DNA of 63,276 bases, counting the filler, from Intoshia linei (taxonomy: Eukaryota > Animalia > Orthonectida), in NCBI GenBank assembly GCA_001642005.1. It is 6 parts of 6 records of this genome, joined end to end, with 100 filler letters (N's around TTAATTAATTAA, not from the genome) between each part and the next. Parts side by side here need not be neighbours in the genome. Positions count along the whole stretch, not along the records: positions 1 to 24,825 come from LWCA01000520.1; 5 more parts are not named here. The stretch is one strand, 5' to 3'. The stretch's first letter is position 1; each line of letters opens with the position of its first letter. The position numbers and the translations under genes are program-made. The notes below the pieces were generated by a model. The model had not been told where the DNA came from. It worked only from the letters and a program-made list of their open reading frames with translations, and searched no databases. Below, one piece after another: positions 1 to 12,948 of the stretch.

Positions 1-1206
1 AGTGCTAGAAATTTTTTAGTGCCATAAAAAATTGCATTTGTCGACTCTACTTATAATTGATTCACTGGTTAAAACATTTTTGCTGATTATATTGACCATA
101 TACATTTTTTTAAATCGAATTCGAAAAAGTACCAAAAAATATCTCAACTAGCTGTCGCGAACTGTGTGAATATGCGAATAAACTCACAAATATGAGAAAT
201 TTAGGTTAATATTAACTTTATATCAAAAATACAATTTTTACGTAATCATGCAATTAAAACTTTCTTCTACCAAATTTTATGAGACAAATCCAAATAGAAT
301 AATAATTATATACTAAAAACGTATATAAAAATAGTTTTATCAGTACATTGCTAGTATTCCAATTAATATAGGTATACGTTATTAGATGTTAATTATATTG
401 TAAAGCTCTTGTAACAATACTTTGTAGTTGAAAACTGACTTATTACATTGATTAAAAATTGTTAAATACTGAGTCAGTATTACTGACTAAATATTAATAT
501 TATTAGTACAGCCGAACCTCGCTTCACCGCTATATCCTGATAAATGAACACTTTAATTAAAACAAATAATCAACTCGTGTATTTAAATTCTAACATCATT
601 ATTTTTACGCATATTCGATAGTTTAATTTTCTTAACATAACTATGCGTTTTTAATATTTTTTTAGTAAATATTGGTGTAGTTATAATGCATTCCCTTTGA
701 GAATGTAGTATAGTTTATTTTTTGTTATCAGAGCCTAATATTAAATTTTATAATATCACGAAAATATAAGATTCAAACTAAAAAACGGTGTAAAAATAAA
801 TATGGTAGAATATAATTTAAATGTATTGTTTTTTTGACAGAGAATGGCTCACTATACATTTGAAATTAATTTATAAATCAAAGTTGTGTAAAAATTGAAA
901 TATGTCAATGATGTAGTCCACCTTTAAAAATCGATACGAGTTTTTAAAATTTAATAATTTCAAGGTTGCCTGACTGCAGAAAAATAAAATATTTACTTGT
1001 TAGTGTTTTAAATAATTTACTTTTATTACAATAGCTACTACTAATATATTTACGAATGTTAAATCTAAATCTGCTTTGTTAAATGTTTCATTTCCTAGAT
1101 ATTGATCACAGCGCATGAAATTGCTAAAATATTAAGGTATGCCAAATGTGGATCACATAACATGTTAATATTGCAATATAGGAACAAAGTATAAATTTAA
1201 ACGTTT

Positions 1207-3072
1207 ATGTGGTGGTACCCGTTCATTTTAATCGGAATTTTGTTTATTAAGGGAAGTACCAAAATTTTAAATGGACAAATCCATTCCAAAGAGGTTAGAT
1301 TGAATTTAATATAAATTTAATTAATTTTGTAGAATTGGCAATTTTTATCCAGATTTTGTTTCCTTTCAAATAAGGGACAACTCACATATGAATTTAATTT
1401 TAACAAGGTATCTTAGTATAAGTTGTTTTAAAAATAATTTAGATAAATTTACCTGTAAATCTGTTACTGTATTATGATGATCCTCAACAATGGCCCGCAG
1501 TTTATAATAGCGACAAGGTAAATATTAAAAAGGTTTGAAATTAATCCGTAGAGTTGTGTTGAAAAAACAAGTGTCTTAAAAACTGAATACAATCAAATGG
1601 TAGAATTATCCATCAACGAAACGTGGTCCGGCTGCAACGAAACAATACTATATAACACATCATACATAAGTTGTTCAGGGTCACGCTATTTCGTTTCATT
1701 TAGGGAAAGGTGGTGGTATATGGCAATATCAAATTGTGACAACCCTTATGTGAGTTTATTTTAATATGGTTCTAATTATTATTTAGGGTATATCATTGGA
1801 TTATAACCTTGTTATGACAAACGGTAACCCAGAAGACACATTGATGTACCATTTTTCTGCCGACGAATTTTATATACTGTATTTATGAAAATTATTACAA
1901 TAACTCTTTTCTTAGACAAATGGACATTTCGTTTCTCGTTGGATTCAGTATTTTAATGATACTTTCTTTCCTAGTAGCATACAAGCTACGAATTAAACAA
2001 ATGTTCCATTCTACCTACAAATTGTATATGATTTCCATCATTTTCGAATGCATAGGTCTTTTCATATTGGTCATAACGTACAGTTCATTCGCCAATGAAG
2101 GACACGAATTACGTAATGTTATTAGATTCGGAAAATTTATGGAGGCAATAAGTTCCACCGCCTTCATTCTCCTGCTTATATTACTGGGAAAAGGATACAC
2201 TGTTACAAGGGGTAACTATAAAATTAGCACATTTTTATTCAAAATTTAGGCCGCTTATCAAACCAAGGGACCATAAAATGTGTTATCTTTATTACCGTTT
2301 ATATTGTGTGCTATATGATTTTATTCTTCTATGAAGCCTATGTAAGAAAATATCTATATAGCTTAAAAAATGTTTAGTTCTTTGATCCTGGAGTAGTATT
2401 ATACATATATGAAAGCCCTCCGGGCTACGGTCTTATTATTCTACGGATTGTAGCATGGCTTTGGTTTTCCTACGGAATTTTCTTTACGCTAAAAAACTTT
2501 TCCTACAAATCAAACTTTTATTACCCTCTATTTATATTTTTCACAATATGGTAAAAATTATTTATTCTAATTTAATGTAAATTTATAGGTTTCTAATTGG
2601 CCCTGTGATGGTTATTGTAGCTATGAATTTATTACCTCTGTGGGTACGAGAAAAAGTCATAAATGGAGTAGATTTATCAGTGTCATTTTTGGGTCTATTT
2701 ACATTTTTGGTAAATTTAATCAAAATAAATAGTACCAAATTAATTAGGTTCTAACCCGTCCATCAGCAGCAAATAATAATTTTCCATATCACGTTAAAAC
2801 GACCCAAATAGCTGCAATGGTAGACACAGATGAAGATAATTTTCAACAATATTCACCGACGATGGGATATGATGGTGTAAATGCACCAAATTTTACAGAA
2901 CTATTTGTTGTTACACCTCAACGATCAGCTGTAGAAAAAGAACAGGTGCAAAATTTAATTTGACTAATGAGTATATAAAAATTAATTCAATTTATAACTA
3001 AATAAATTTTAGCAAAACATTGACCGGTTTAATCGTGGTTCAAATGGACACAATCCATTCAATGATGATTAA
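1207..3072 (+). CDS. TMEM145: Transmembrane protein 145 (GPR180/TMEM145 family), multi-exon
   Basis: ATG 1207 opens a signal-peptide-like MWWYPFILIGILF. Spliced exons give NWQFLSRFCFLS, RERWWYMAISNC, YHFSADEFY, LLGKGYTVTRGRLS, FDPGVVLYIYESPPGYGL and LTRPSAANNNFPYHVKTTQI. Introns are 34-40 bp (1294-1332, 1408-1442, 1518-1551). The last exon 3013-3072 is less certain. Confidence 0.9.
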
Positions 3073-3928
3073 ACTTGAATTTCACCGTATAAATCACAAA
3101 TTTCCATTTTATATCAACCAATTCCATTTGTTAAAATTTATTAAACATTCACACAAAAATAATAATATTATGGCATATATTTACCAGCCAAATAAATATT
3201 CTAATATGCGATAGAAAAATCCGCTATTTGTGTTATTTTGTCCTTTAGATTTCTACATGAAACATGAAATCAAAACATGAAATATACAAAATATCGATTA
3301 GTTATTAAAAATTTATTGTTTGTATTGTCACATAAATCATACTAAAACAAAAAATCACATTGATTTAAATTTTAAATGTATATGTAAACTAAACCATTTA
3401 TCAATGATAACTATAATTGAAGTAGAAATTCTAATGTGTTCCAGAAAAGCTACCAAATACCATTAAAAAATGTTTAATAAAAAAGGTAAAAAATTACGTT
3501 TTTCAATTAAAACACAATCTTAATGGTACTCGATGAAATAGTTTAAAAATCCACAATTGCAAAGAAAAATATAGTTTTATAATTCATCAAGAATCAGGTA
3601 AGAAATTTCAGATTTTTTTGAACTGGGATCACATTCCAATTTGAAAATTACTTGGGACTTGAAAATTAGAAATTCATAAAAAATTCAACAATCGGAAAAT
3701 TGTCACGAGATGACGGAGACTTTACTTAATGAAATACGTTTAAAAACAAATTATTGTACATTTTTTATTAAAACCAATCAATACATATATAAATATAGAT
3801 TACTATTACCATTATAGGTACTGTGTTGAGGCCCAAACTGATAAAAAATTTTTTAAGAAATTATAAATTTTCACTAATTTAACGGTTTGTAAATAAATAT
3901 TGATTCTATATATAGACAAAAAAATGGA

Positions 3929-5317
3929 TTATGTGTTTTGAAAAATATTTTTATAATTTTGATTAATATATTCAGATGACCTGTTAAACAAAATTATACA
4001 TCTAAAATTCGGATTCGGAATAACATTTGACATATTAATTATAATAACCTGGTTGGTTTTTGGTTCTTTGGTTTCCATATTTCTCATTGGACCTTGATAA
4101 TTGTATTTTTCAGCAATTTTATGTTGTTGGATGGATTGCGTATTATTCATATTCGTTGACAAATTTCTAAACGTAATGATTTTTTCTTTATCACAGCTTT
4201 TAAATTGTGCTTTGGAGGACTAAAAATGCGAAAATATATAAAATATTAAAAATAGAAATACACTAAATTTCTTTTTACAATCAGTTACACCAATAACTGC
4301 AGAATTTTCAAATAATATTCCATTCATACTCTTTAATATTTCCATGTCTCTAAGAGTCTTTACTCTTACATGTAACCATCTAATATCAGAGTCAAACTAA
4401 ACATAATTTTTAAACGAATTGAAAACTGTACTTCATATCTATCAATATTAATTTTAATTGAAAATTTGTCAATTAACTTTTCAATTAAATTTTCTGGAAA
4501 TCTAAACTAAATTAATTCAAAAAATATTTAAAATAACCCGAAAACTGTAGCCCAATAATTATATTCATTATCCACGAACCCGTTTGAATCTGATTTAAAT
4601 TCAACATTTCTAATGTTACTGTTTTGTAAATTATTTGAATTGCAGGACACGTTTATATCTATTTTATTAATTTTGAATATATCAATATAATATAATATAA
4701 AAATTTTGTACCTGAAAAACTAGTATTAATTTTTTCAGAATCAATGTTAGACCTTGCCAACCGACTACCAAATTGTACACTTTCATTAAGCTATATTAAA
4801 AATTTATTATAAAATTTCAAAAAAAATACAGCAGAAGATCGCATCAATTGCACCATACTGTATCTGTCGTGCTTTTTACTACTGCGTCTGCTAACCGATG
4901 GACTTTTAGATTTGAAGCTACAAAAACTATATCCGTTTAAATGACTCAAATTTGACTTGGACATATCTTGTCGATTATGTGAGGAATTACGTACGGAATG
5001 ACTGCGATTTGATGCTTTCGATACCTAAAAAATATGAATACTAAAAAAAATGTTTACGTCAAGTAAATTTCCTAAAACATAAGGTGGTATAGTTTTAACT
5101 TTTGAGTTTTCTTCGTCACAATGCACATTTCTATTGAAATTTGTGCACTTAAATGGTTTTTCTTCATTTAACAAACTTTTTTCATCTAAATGTAACAATA
5201 TATTTTTATATTTATTAAATTACTTTTTAAATTTGAGGTTGATAGAATATCACGTCTATTTGCGGCTTTATTCTTCTGTATAGGAGACAAAATTTTCTCA
5301 CTATCAAAAAAGCGCAT
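3929..5317 (-). CDS. NUP35: Nucleoporin Nup35/Nup53 (RRM-like MPPN domain), multi-exon; 3' end uncertain
   Basis: ATG 5317 (MRFFDSEKILSP). Spliced exons give YWATVF|GFPE...WLHVRVKT...SMNGILFENSAVIGVTDC, matching the Nup35 RRM pattern WVTVFGFP...WMHI...GxIF...IGVxxC. Confidence 0.75.
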
Positions 5318-5492
5318 TTTAAAATTAATGGCAAATTTAAAACATTTACTTTATTAACAATTACTATACACTATGGTCGGTTAAGTTTATTTCAAATTAA
5401 AAAAAGCACTAAATTTAAACAATAAAGTTACTCAATTTGCAATTTTGAAAATAAAATAAAATATAAAAACACACCAAATTAAAGTTTAAATC

Positions 5493-8400
5493 ATGAAAAT
5501 TGTAATTTTTTTTTTAATTATGTTGAGCCATACTATTATGACGGGTAAAGTTGCTAATTAACATGAAATTGCAATCATTAAGATACCAAAATACCATAGT
5601 CTGTATTAATTGGTAAAGTAAAGCAATTTTTGACTTATAATAGTTTTTAGTACTGAAAAGGGACATTTTCAAGTAGTGTATTATCGTTATTTTCATAAAC
5701 ATGCTACAATATGGTTGTTTAGGTTAAATGTTTTTTAAGAAAAAAACGTTATTCATATTTTCCATATACGCCATTCGAAATAATTTTGAAAAATTTTTAC
5801 TAATTAGAAGTCAATTTGTTACGTTTTTTATTGAATTTTTTTTAATATTGTCTAATAATTTTGCTTTAATGGTCCACGGTAAATTTTAGAATTTATTACC
5901 AGAACGCTGTGAAAAAATTTTGGGAACCCCTACGTGATTCTGGTATTATACATTAATTAATCTTTTTTAGACAAATATTTCAAGTTATCAAAAATATCCT
6001 TGTTATATTGTCACAGTTGGAAATATTTCTATTTTAATTGATTGTCCAGCATCGTGTCAAGGATTCTTAAATTTTGCACCCTTTTCTAATAACATAAAGT
6101 ACGATTTTATATATTGATTTTATTGAAATTTATTAGATCTTCATTCAATAGACAAAAAATTGCAAATTATGAGTTAGAAAAAAAGGTTAAATATGTTCAT
6201 TTTTAATAACCAATTAATAATTATTTATCAAGTTTCATATGACTAAATATTCAATGAATCTAAAAATATTCCAAAGTTTAAATTTAATGATTTTATAAAA
6301 TAATAAAACACATTCAAATTAAACTTTAATTTGGTTTATTTTATTTATATTCATAATTTAAATGTACTAAATTACACCTTATTTAGTAATATTTAGGGAC
6401 TTGTACCATTAAATGGAAAAAATTATTTAGATGATAGACCATGCTTATTAATACCACAGGTTTATCTAGAAAACAATTTTATTACTATAATTTTAGTTTA
6501 CGTATGCAAATACTCACTCAATTGATTATGTCTTAATTTCAAATTATCGAAATTGTTTATCTTTACCTTATTTTTTTAAAATTGTTCCCAATTTTAATGG
6601 TAGAATATATGCAACAACTCCAACTGTTCAATTTGCTAGGTAATTATAACTAATTTTTTAAATTTTCGGACCGTTAATTATTTCATATTTTTTGTTTTAA
6701 TAAAATATTTCGGAAAAAAAATATATGTATACTAAAATGCTTTTTTGACCGTGAAATTGTCACTTATTCGGATTGAAATTTTTTATGTGTGTTAACATGA
6801 TACAACTCTACCACCTGTAAATTTTTTGAAATTCTAGGGCTGTTTTCAAAAAAAAAGGAAGGTAATTTGGGGTTTTGGCTCTTAAGATATTTTTTTTAAA
6901 TTTAAATTTATAATGTTTATGATTTTAAAATCCGCATCAGCGTATATATTTTTTTAAATTTTCCAATTTGTTTAATTTTCAAAAAGAGGGACAATAGGGG
7001 TTTTTGACCCTTAAGATGATAAATTGGGAGGTTGAAATATATCTTAATATACGTTCCGAAAAAAACTGTAATTGAAATGTGGTCTTTAAAAAATTCTAGA
7101 TGGGTAGTTATTTAAATAAAGCTGAACACAGATACACACAAACAAAAATCGCGTCGCATTTTACATAAGTTAGGATGATGCGACGATTTCCAGGAATTGG
7201 AAAAATTAGTTTATAAATTTAAAATTCTATTGGTAATAATTTAATTTTAGACAATATATGAAGGAATTAGTGGAAAGTTTGAACGATATTCATCCAAATG
7301 CAAAAAGTAAATGGAGAATGTTTTGGAACGACCCGTATTGTGAATACAAGTGGATTTTATTATGCATTTAGAGCATTTCCAAAATTGAAAAAATGTAACA
7401 TTTCCGAACTAAAAGAATTATTTACTCTTGAATCCATTGAAGAATGTTTATCAAGAATTGAAATTATTAATATTGATGAAATCAAAGTATATACTTTGAT
7501 CATTTTTTATCTAAAATGTTAATTTAAATTTTACTATTTTTGTTATTTATTATACTTTTAGGTATTAGAAGATACTGTGAATTTGATAGCAATTAGTGCT
7601 GGGTATGTAATAGGTTCTTGTAATTGGATAATAAAAAGTTCTCTGGAAAAGGTTTAATTAGTTTTTTTGTATCATCTAAAAATCCATAGATAGCTGTCGT
7701 TTCAAAATCTTCATACTTGACTACTCATATAAGAGTAATTTTTATTTTTTCTCTATAATTAAAATTTAGAAAATGTCCACCGAATATTTATGTGATTGTG
7801 ATTCCATGATTTTCACATCTCTAAAATATTCCAAATTTGAACCAGATAACATGTTGAGAATTTTAACTGAAAAAGCTGGTATTATTACATTTGAATATTT
7901 TATTTTTAGTTGAAATTATAAATAATGACGGAAGTGTCATCATACCTTGTTATACATCCGGTATAATAAACGATCTAATTGAATTTATTTCAAAAAAATT
8001 CAAACAACATAGACTTGATTCTATTCCTATTTATGCGATAGGAAGGTACATGAAAAAATCTTTTGCCCATACAAACATTTATGCAGAATGGTAACTTGTT
8101 TATATAAACCTGATATATAATTTACGATAGGCTCATTAAAAAGAAATGTGATAAGGCCTTTATACCTGAAAACCCTTTAGATCATGTCGATGTATCAACT
8201 AAAATTACATTTTAAATTTTTTAGTTAATAGAATCTGGACAATTGGAAGTTTACGATTCTATTTATGGAGAGTTTGGGAAAAACATGAGAAAGCCTTGTT
8301 TAATATTTGCTGGGCATCCATCATTAAGATTTGGAAATATAGTGGAAATTGTTGAACTTTTTGCAGATTCGCCCAAAAATTTGTTGGCTATTGCTGGTAA

Positions 8401-10248
8401 TTTAAAGTCTTCCATTAAAACAACACAACTTTAATAGAACCGGATTTTGCTGCTGCTAAAGCATTGGAACCGTACAATGAACGAGCAATACAAGTATTAT
8501 TTTTTAAAAAGATTTAAATTTTACCGACTATTAGATTCTTAATTGTCCAATTGATATTACGCTAGATGACGACAAAATAATAAAAACTTTGATTAACTAC
8601 AAACCAAAAAATGTTATTTTAACTGACAAAATGCATTTACAAATGAAATCTAAACTAAATGCATATAATGATGTATATTTTATTAATTCCATTGAGTTAA
8701 TTACATTTACAGATTAAAGTGTGGGGTGTAAAATTTGGAAAACCGATTGAAATAGCGCCAACAAACCCTTTTGTGTTAGTTAATTTTAGTGGAAGTGTAA
8801 ATATATTTTATATCAATTTATTGTAATTTAGACATTGGGTAATTTAACTGAAAATGACGATGGTACATACACCATAAATGGATCATTCTCTTTGCAAAAT
8901 AATGAAATAATATTTGAAGTAAATTCATAAATTTAATTAATACTGTCAATTCAATTTAATAATGTGAGTTTTTGTTTACTCATTTTGATTTTTTAGAAAA
9001 AAGATGTAAATGTATATTGTAAAAGTTGTGAAAACGGTGGCATTATAAAATTAAGAAATTTTGAAAAATACCTTGAACAAATATGCATTCAAGTAATAAA
9101 CTATTACTAATATATTGTTTATTCATATGATTTATAAATTTTTTAATATAGAATAATGTTAAAATAAACATTCAGCCTCATCAAAATAAAGCCGAGTCGT
9201 ATATAATTATAGTATTTTTTTATTTTATTTAAATTTTTCTATTTTTGATAATACAAATACAATTAACTTACAAATAATAATAATATTAGTATATAAATTA
9301 ATGTACTGTAAAATTTAATAACATCATTGTTTATGCTTGTTTTTTTATGGTAAATAATTACTCATTACATTAATCACAATTTTAATAATACAGGCTAGTT
9401 TCTTGTTAACGGAAAAAATCCTGATTAACGGACTGAGTTTTTCTGAAGTACAAAAATTCTGTTAAATTTTAACTTAAAATAACTACTGTTTTTTCTCGAT
9501 TATAAGCAGACCCCTGAAGTTCAAATTTTCAGTGAAAATTTTAACTTAATAAAATTTGAATATAAGCAGTTTCTGCTTGTATTCGAAAGAAGTTTTATAT
9601 TTATAAGATTTATTTATTTAAAATTTTATAAGTTTGATTTCAAACAAATAGATTTTGAGAATACCCAAGATGTAATTTAATACCAATCTAATGAGTTCTT
9701 AAAATATAAAAGCAAACTTTTAGTGTATTGTTTATATTTTTCAAGATCTGCTTAAAAGTCTGCTTGTTTTTGATAAGAATTTTCCCTTCTACTCTCGAAT
9801 ATAAGAAGACTCCTTATAACCGAGAAAAGACAGTAGCATCATAATTATACTAAAGCTTTTTCGGTTTAAATTAAAAACTTTAGATACTTAAAACATTTTA
9901 TTTTCTTCTTGATTAATGATGACAATAATGGTTGATTATTAATTATATGAAATGAAATGATTGGCAAATATAGGTTAAGTGGAATAAAAATAAAACATTT
10001 TTCATTGTTTAATGCAGTGGCTCCCGGTTCAAATAGTGTACGGACTCCCATTTAAAATATTTATTTTTTTGGAATTAGATTATTAATATAAATTTATAAA
10101 ATTATAATTTTAGAATAATAATATGAATCTATCAATACAGGATAATAAAATAAATTTGGCTTTTGAAAATATGGAATCAATCAATTTTGATTTGGTTGAT
10201 TGTATCATGAAAAACATTGAACAGTTCGATTGTGTTGTACAGAATTAA
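5493..10248 (+). CDS. INTS9: Integrator complex subunit 9, multi-exon
   Basis: MKI|TNISSYQKYPCYIVTVGNISILIDC N-terminus; IDYVLISNY, FNGRIYATTPT, AISAGYVIGSCNWII, GSVIIPCYTSGIINDL, SFAHTNIYAEWL and PCLIFAGHPSLRFG. Stop TAA 10246-10248. The first micro-exon is inferred. Confidence 0.88.
6668..7085 (-). repeat. Dispersed non-coding repeat, family A (probable MITE), in an INTS9 intron
   Basis: The reverse complement of 7021-7085 matches 42655-42715 (CCACATTTCAATTACAGTTTTTT...). The block AAAAAAATATATACxCTGAT...TTTAAAATC is shared with ~10575-10660 and ~42730-42820. Confidence 0.6.
9486..9833. mobile_element. Tc1/mariner-superfamily (pogo/Tc2-like) MITE in an INTS9 intron
   Basis: 21-bp TIR CTGTTTTTTCTCGATTATAAG versus reverse complement CTGTCTTTTCTCGGTTATAAG (2 mismatches); TA flanks both ends. 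Confidence 0.8.
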
Positions 10249-10899
10249 TTATTTAAATTGTAAATTAAAATAAATACATTTATTTTTTTTCCCAGAGGCA
10301 TCGAAAATTTTTTAAATTTCTTTAAATTTTTGTTGGTTAAGATTTATCTGACTATATAATTATAATTGAATGACTGGTAAAGAATAATGACATCCTCGTT
10401 ATACTAATAACTTGTAAATTGAATAATAAAATAAAAATAATATCCTAACTTATGTAAAACTGTTTTTTTTCCGTATGTGTCTTATCGTTTATTCAAATAA
10501 CTGATAGTCTCTTAATTTAAAAAATTCCAGATTTCTATTACAACTTTAATTTTACATCTTACTATATATTAAATAATCCAATTATACTTTTTTTTTGAAA
10601 ATCAAACGATTCCTAGAATTTAAAAAAATATATACTCTGATATATATTTTAAAATCATCAATATTGTCATAAATTTTAATCAAAGTTATATCTTCTCGGT
10701 CAGAACCACAAATTACCTTTTTTCAAAAAATGAACATACAAATAATCCAATTATCCTTTTTTTTGAGAATCAAACGACTTCAGACTTTTCAAAAAAATTC
10801 AGTTCATACAGCCTTTTTCAGTTAAAATATATAAAAAGTTTAAATAAGTAGACGTTAAGCTTTCATGTTCAAAAAATCAATTTATTATTTTACATAGAG

Positions 10900-11823
10900 G
10901 TTCATCAAAACACAAATCTTTAAATACTGTTATTCCTATACGAAAATACTTAAAAGTTCAGAGTGATTTTGCATTGGAAGTGTTAGAAGCTTTTTTGTGA
11001 ACAGACATACCATTATATAAATTAAATAATATAAAATTAAAAGAATTATTTATCAATATAGGTAAACCTTTCTGAAAATAACTGTCGTGGTAAAGTTGAC
11101 CTATTATATTCGAATGAAATTTAAAGAATTAAACTGTGTTGCTCAAATCAATTGATATTGATGATGTTAAATGAGACAGATTTAAATGGTGTTAAATATG
11201 TTAATGTTATGGTTGGTACGTTAGAAAACCATCAGAAATTAATTCTATTCGATTGTAAAAAAATTGATAGTAATATGAATGGCCAACTTGTGCTGCACAA
11301 TATTGATGATGTGATTAAATTGGCAAAATACTCATTTAACATTAATAAAGCATTTAACACATTACAAAATTTAAAATTTGTTCCAGATCCATGCAAAATA
11401 CTTCATTACATAGAAAAAAGGTTGAAAACCAATGAAAAATATAATGATGGCTTTGGATAAATCTAAACCTCCTTTACTGTACAGTAAATTAAGAAATGGA
11501 TCATCAACATCTAATAGAATAGAGAGAAGTTTTAGTATGTTGAATAAAACAAAACATCTATATAAACAAAATAACTTAACAAAACAAAGAAATTTTGCAC
11601 ATGACAATATAAAGAAATATTTAATATTGTACCATAATAAAGTATCAAATAATACTTTGTATTATTTGTATGACTTTCCAAGTAATAGTCACTTTTGTTA
11701 ATCGATGAAGGATGAATTTAACTGAAAACAGTTTATAAATTTTTTATAGGTTAATAAAGTTAAAAAATTTTTTATTATAGGTTACATTTTTTTAATTTTA
11801 TAGGTTATAAAAAGTTTGCCCTA
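10900..11823 (+). mobile_element. Degraded hAT-related (DUF659/CGGBP1-like) transposase relic
   Basis: Frameshifted fragments LEAFL*TDIPLYK, NETDLNGVKYVNVMVGTL and IERSFSML...RNFAHDNIKKYLILYHN; subterminal TTATAGGTT repeats before a GCCCTA end. Confidence 0.6.
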
Positions 11824-12023
11824 GTAATGACTAAATACTATTATTAACTCTATAAAATATAAAATTTTCAAGGTTAACTTTTAAAATCGCCTTTTCATAT
11901 CTTATTTGTCAAAATCCTTAATTCAACAATAAAGTATACTCTCAAACAATATTCACTTAAAACTTATAAGCCACCAAGTAAAATTTCAATACATTCAGAT
12001 TGATAAATATTATCATTATAATA

Positions 12024-12726
12024 CAGTGTTGTGCAGTGCACAACAAGTACAATGTGCACTGATATACAGTCAAGCACCGTTAGTAGAGAATAAAATAATC
12101 TACAGTGAGGCCACTCAATACCGCCACAAATTTACAAAATTTTTAAAAAAAAATTTGTTAAAATGTGTTAAAATTTAACTTAAATTTTATACAAAAATAT
12201 GGTAGCACTAGTTTACACACCATCGTCTTCGCAATAAAAAGTTTCATATTTATCCATGGGCTATTTTTATTAGTTTGAATAAGGACACAGGTTAATGTAT
12301 ATACAGTGATCAATATCAACTGATGTTTAATGAATAATACATGGCAAAACATAAGATTCCAACAACGAGATTTCCAGAAATGAAACATGACGAGAACGAG
12401 ATATCACTGTATTTATGTTTATTGTGTAATCGTTTCGATAACGATATTCTCTCAATACCGTTAAACTTTCATTACCGCCATAAATATTGAAATACCAAAA
12501 TTGGCGGTATTTAGAGGCCTCACTGTATATATAATAGTCTTTATCTACTAACTACATTATTTATTATTATTATTATGTATTATATCATTGATTATATATA
12601 TTGTATCATTATTTATTCACTCTACGAGTTCAATGAACTCAGTTCATGGATTCTGCCAACTCGTATTGTAAAGTGAAAATTATGCACTAGACATGTAAAT
12701 AACTATTATATCAGTGCACAACACTG
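12024..12726. mobile_element. Outer MITE (TA TSD) upstream of the HSP110 gene
   Basis: TA-CAGTGTTGTGCA ... TGCACAACACTG-TA. The TIR extends to CTGATAT if a ~23-bp insertion in the left arm is allowed. Confidence 0.7.
12103..12525. mobile_element. Inner Tc1/mariner/pogo-type MITE nested in the previous element
   Basis: 24-bp TIR CAGTGAGGCCACTCAATACCGCCA versus CAGTGAGGCCTCTAAATACCGCCA; TA TSD at 12101-12102 and 12526-12527. Confidence 0.85.
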
Positions 12727-12948
12727 TAATAATAAATATTGATTAAATTTTAATCAAAATTTGTACACTAAGAAAAATATTTCGAGTAACTTGTTTGCCA
12801 GGCAAAATAAAATGCGTATTTATTATAGTCAAGTAATGTTGTCAACATTATTTCGCTGATAATGGTCGTTATGAGATCAAATATATAATATCGTAAAATT
12901 GTATCGACTTTTCGAGAAAAATCATATTCATTAATTCATTTGAAAAAG

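Noticed and set aside
1408-1442. U12-type intron (GTATCTT donor)
   Set aside because: It does not match GTATCCTT and has no TCCTTAAC-type branch site.
12910-12919. Heat-shock element TTCnnGAA before HSP110
   Set aside because: Only two pentamer units, ~30 bp from the ATG; expected by chance.
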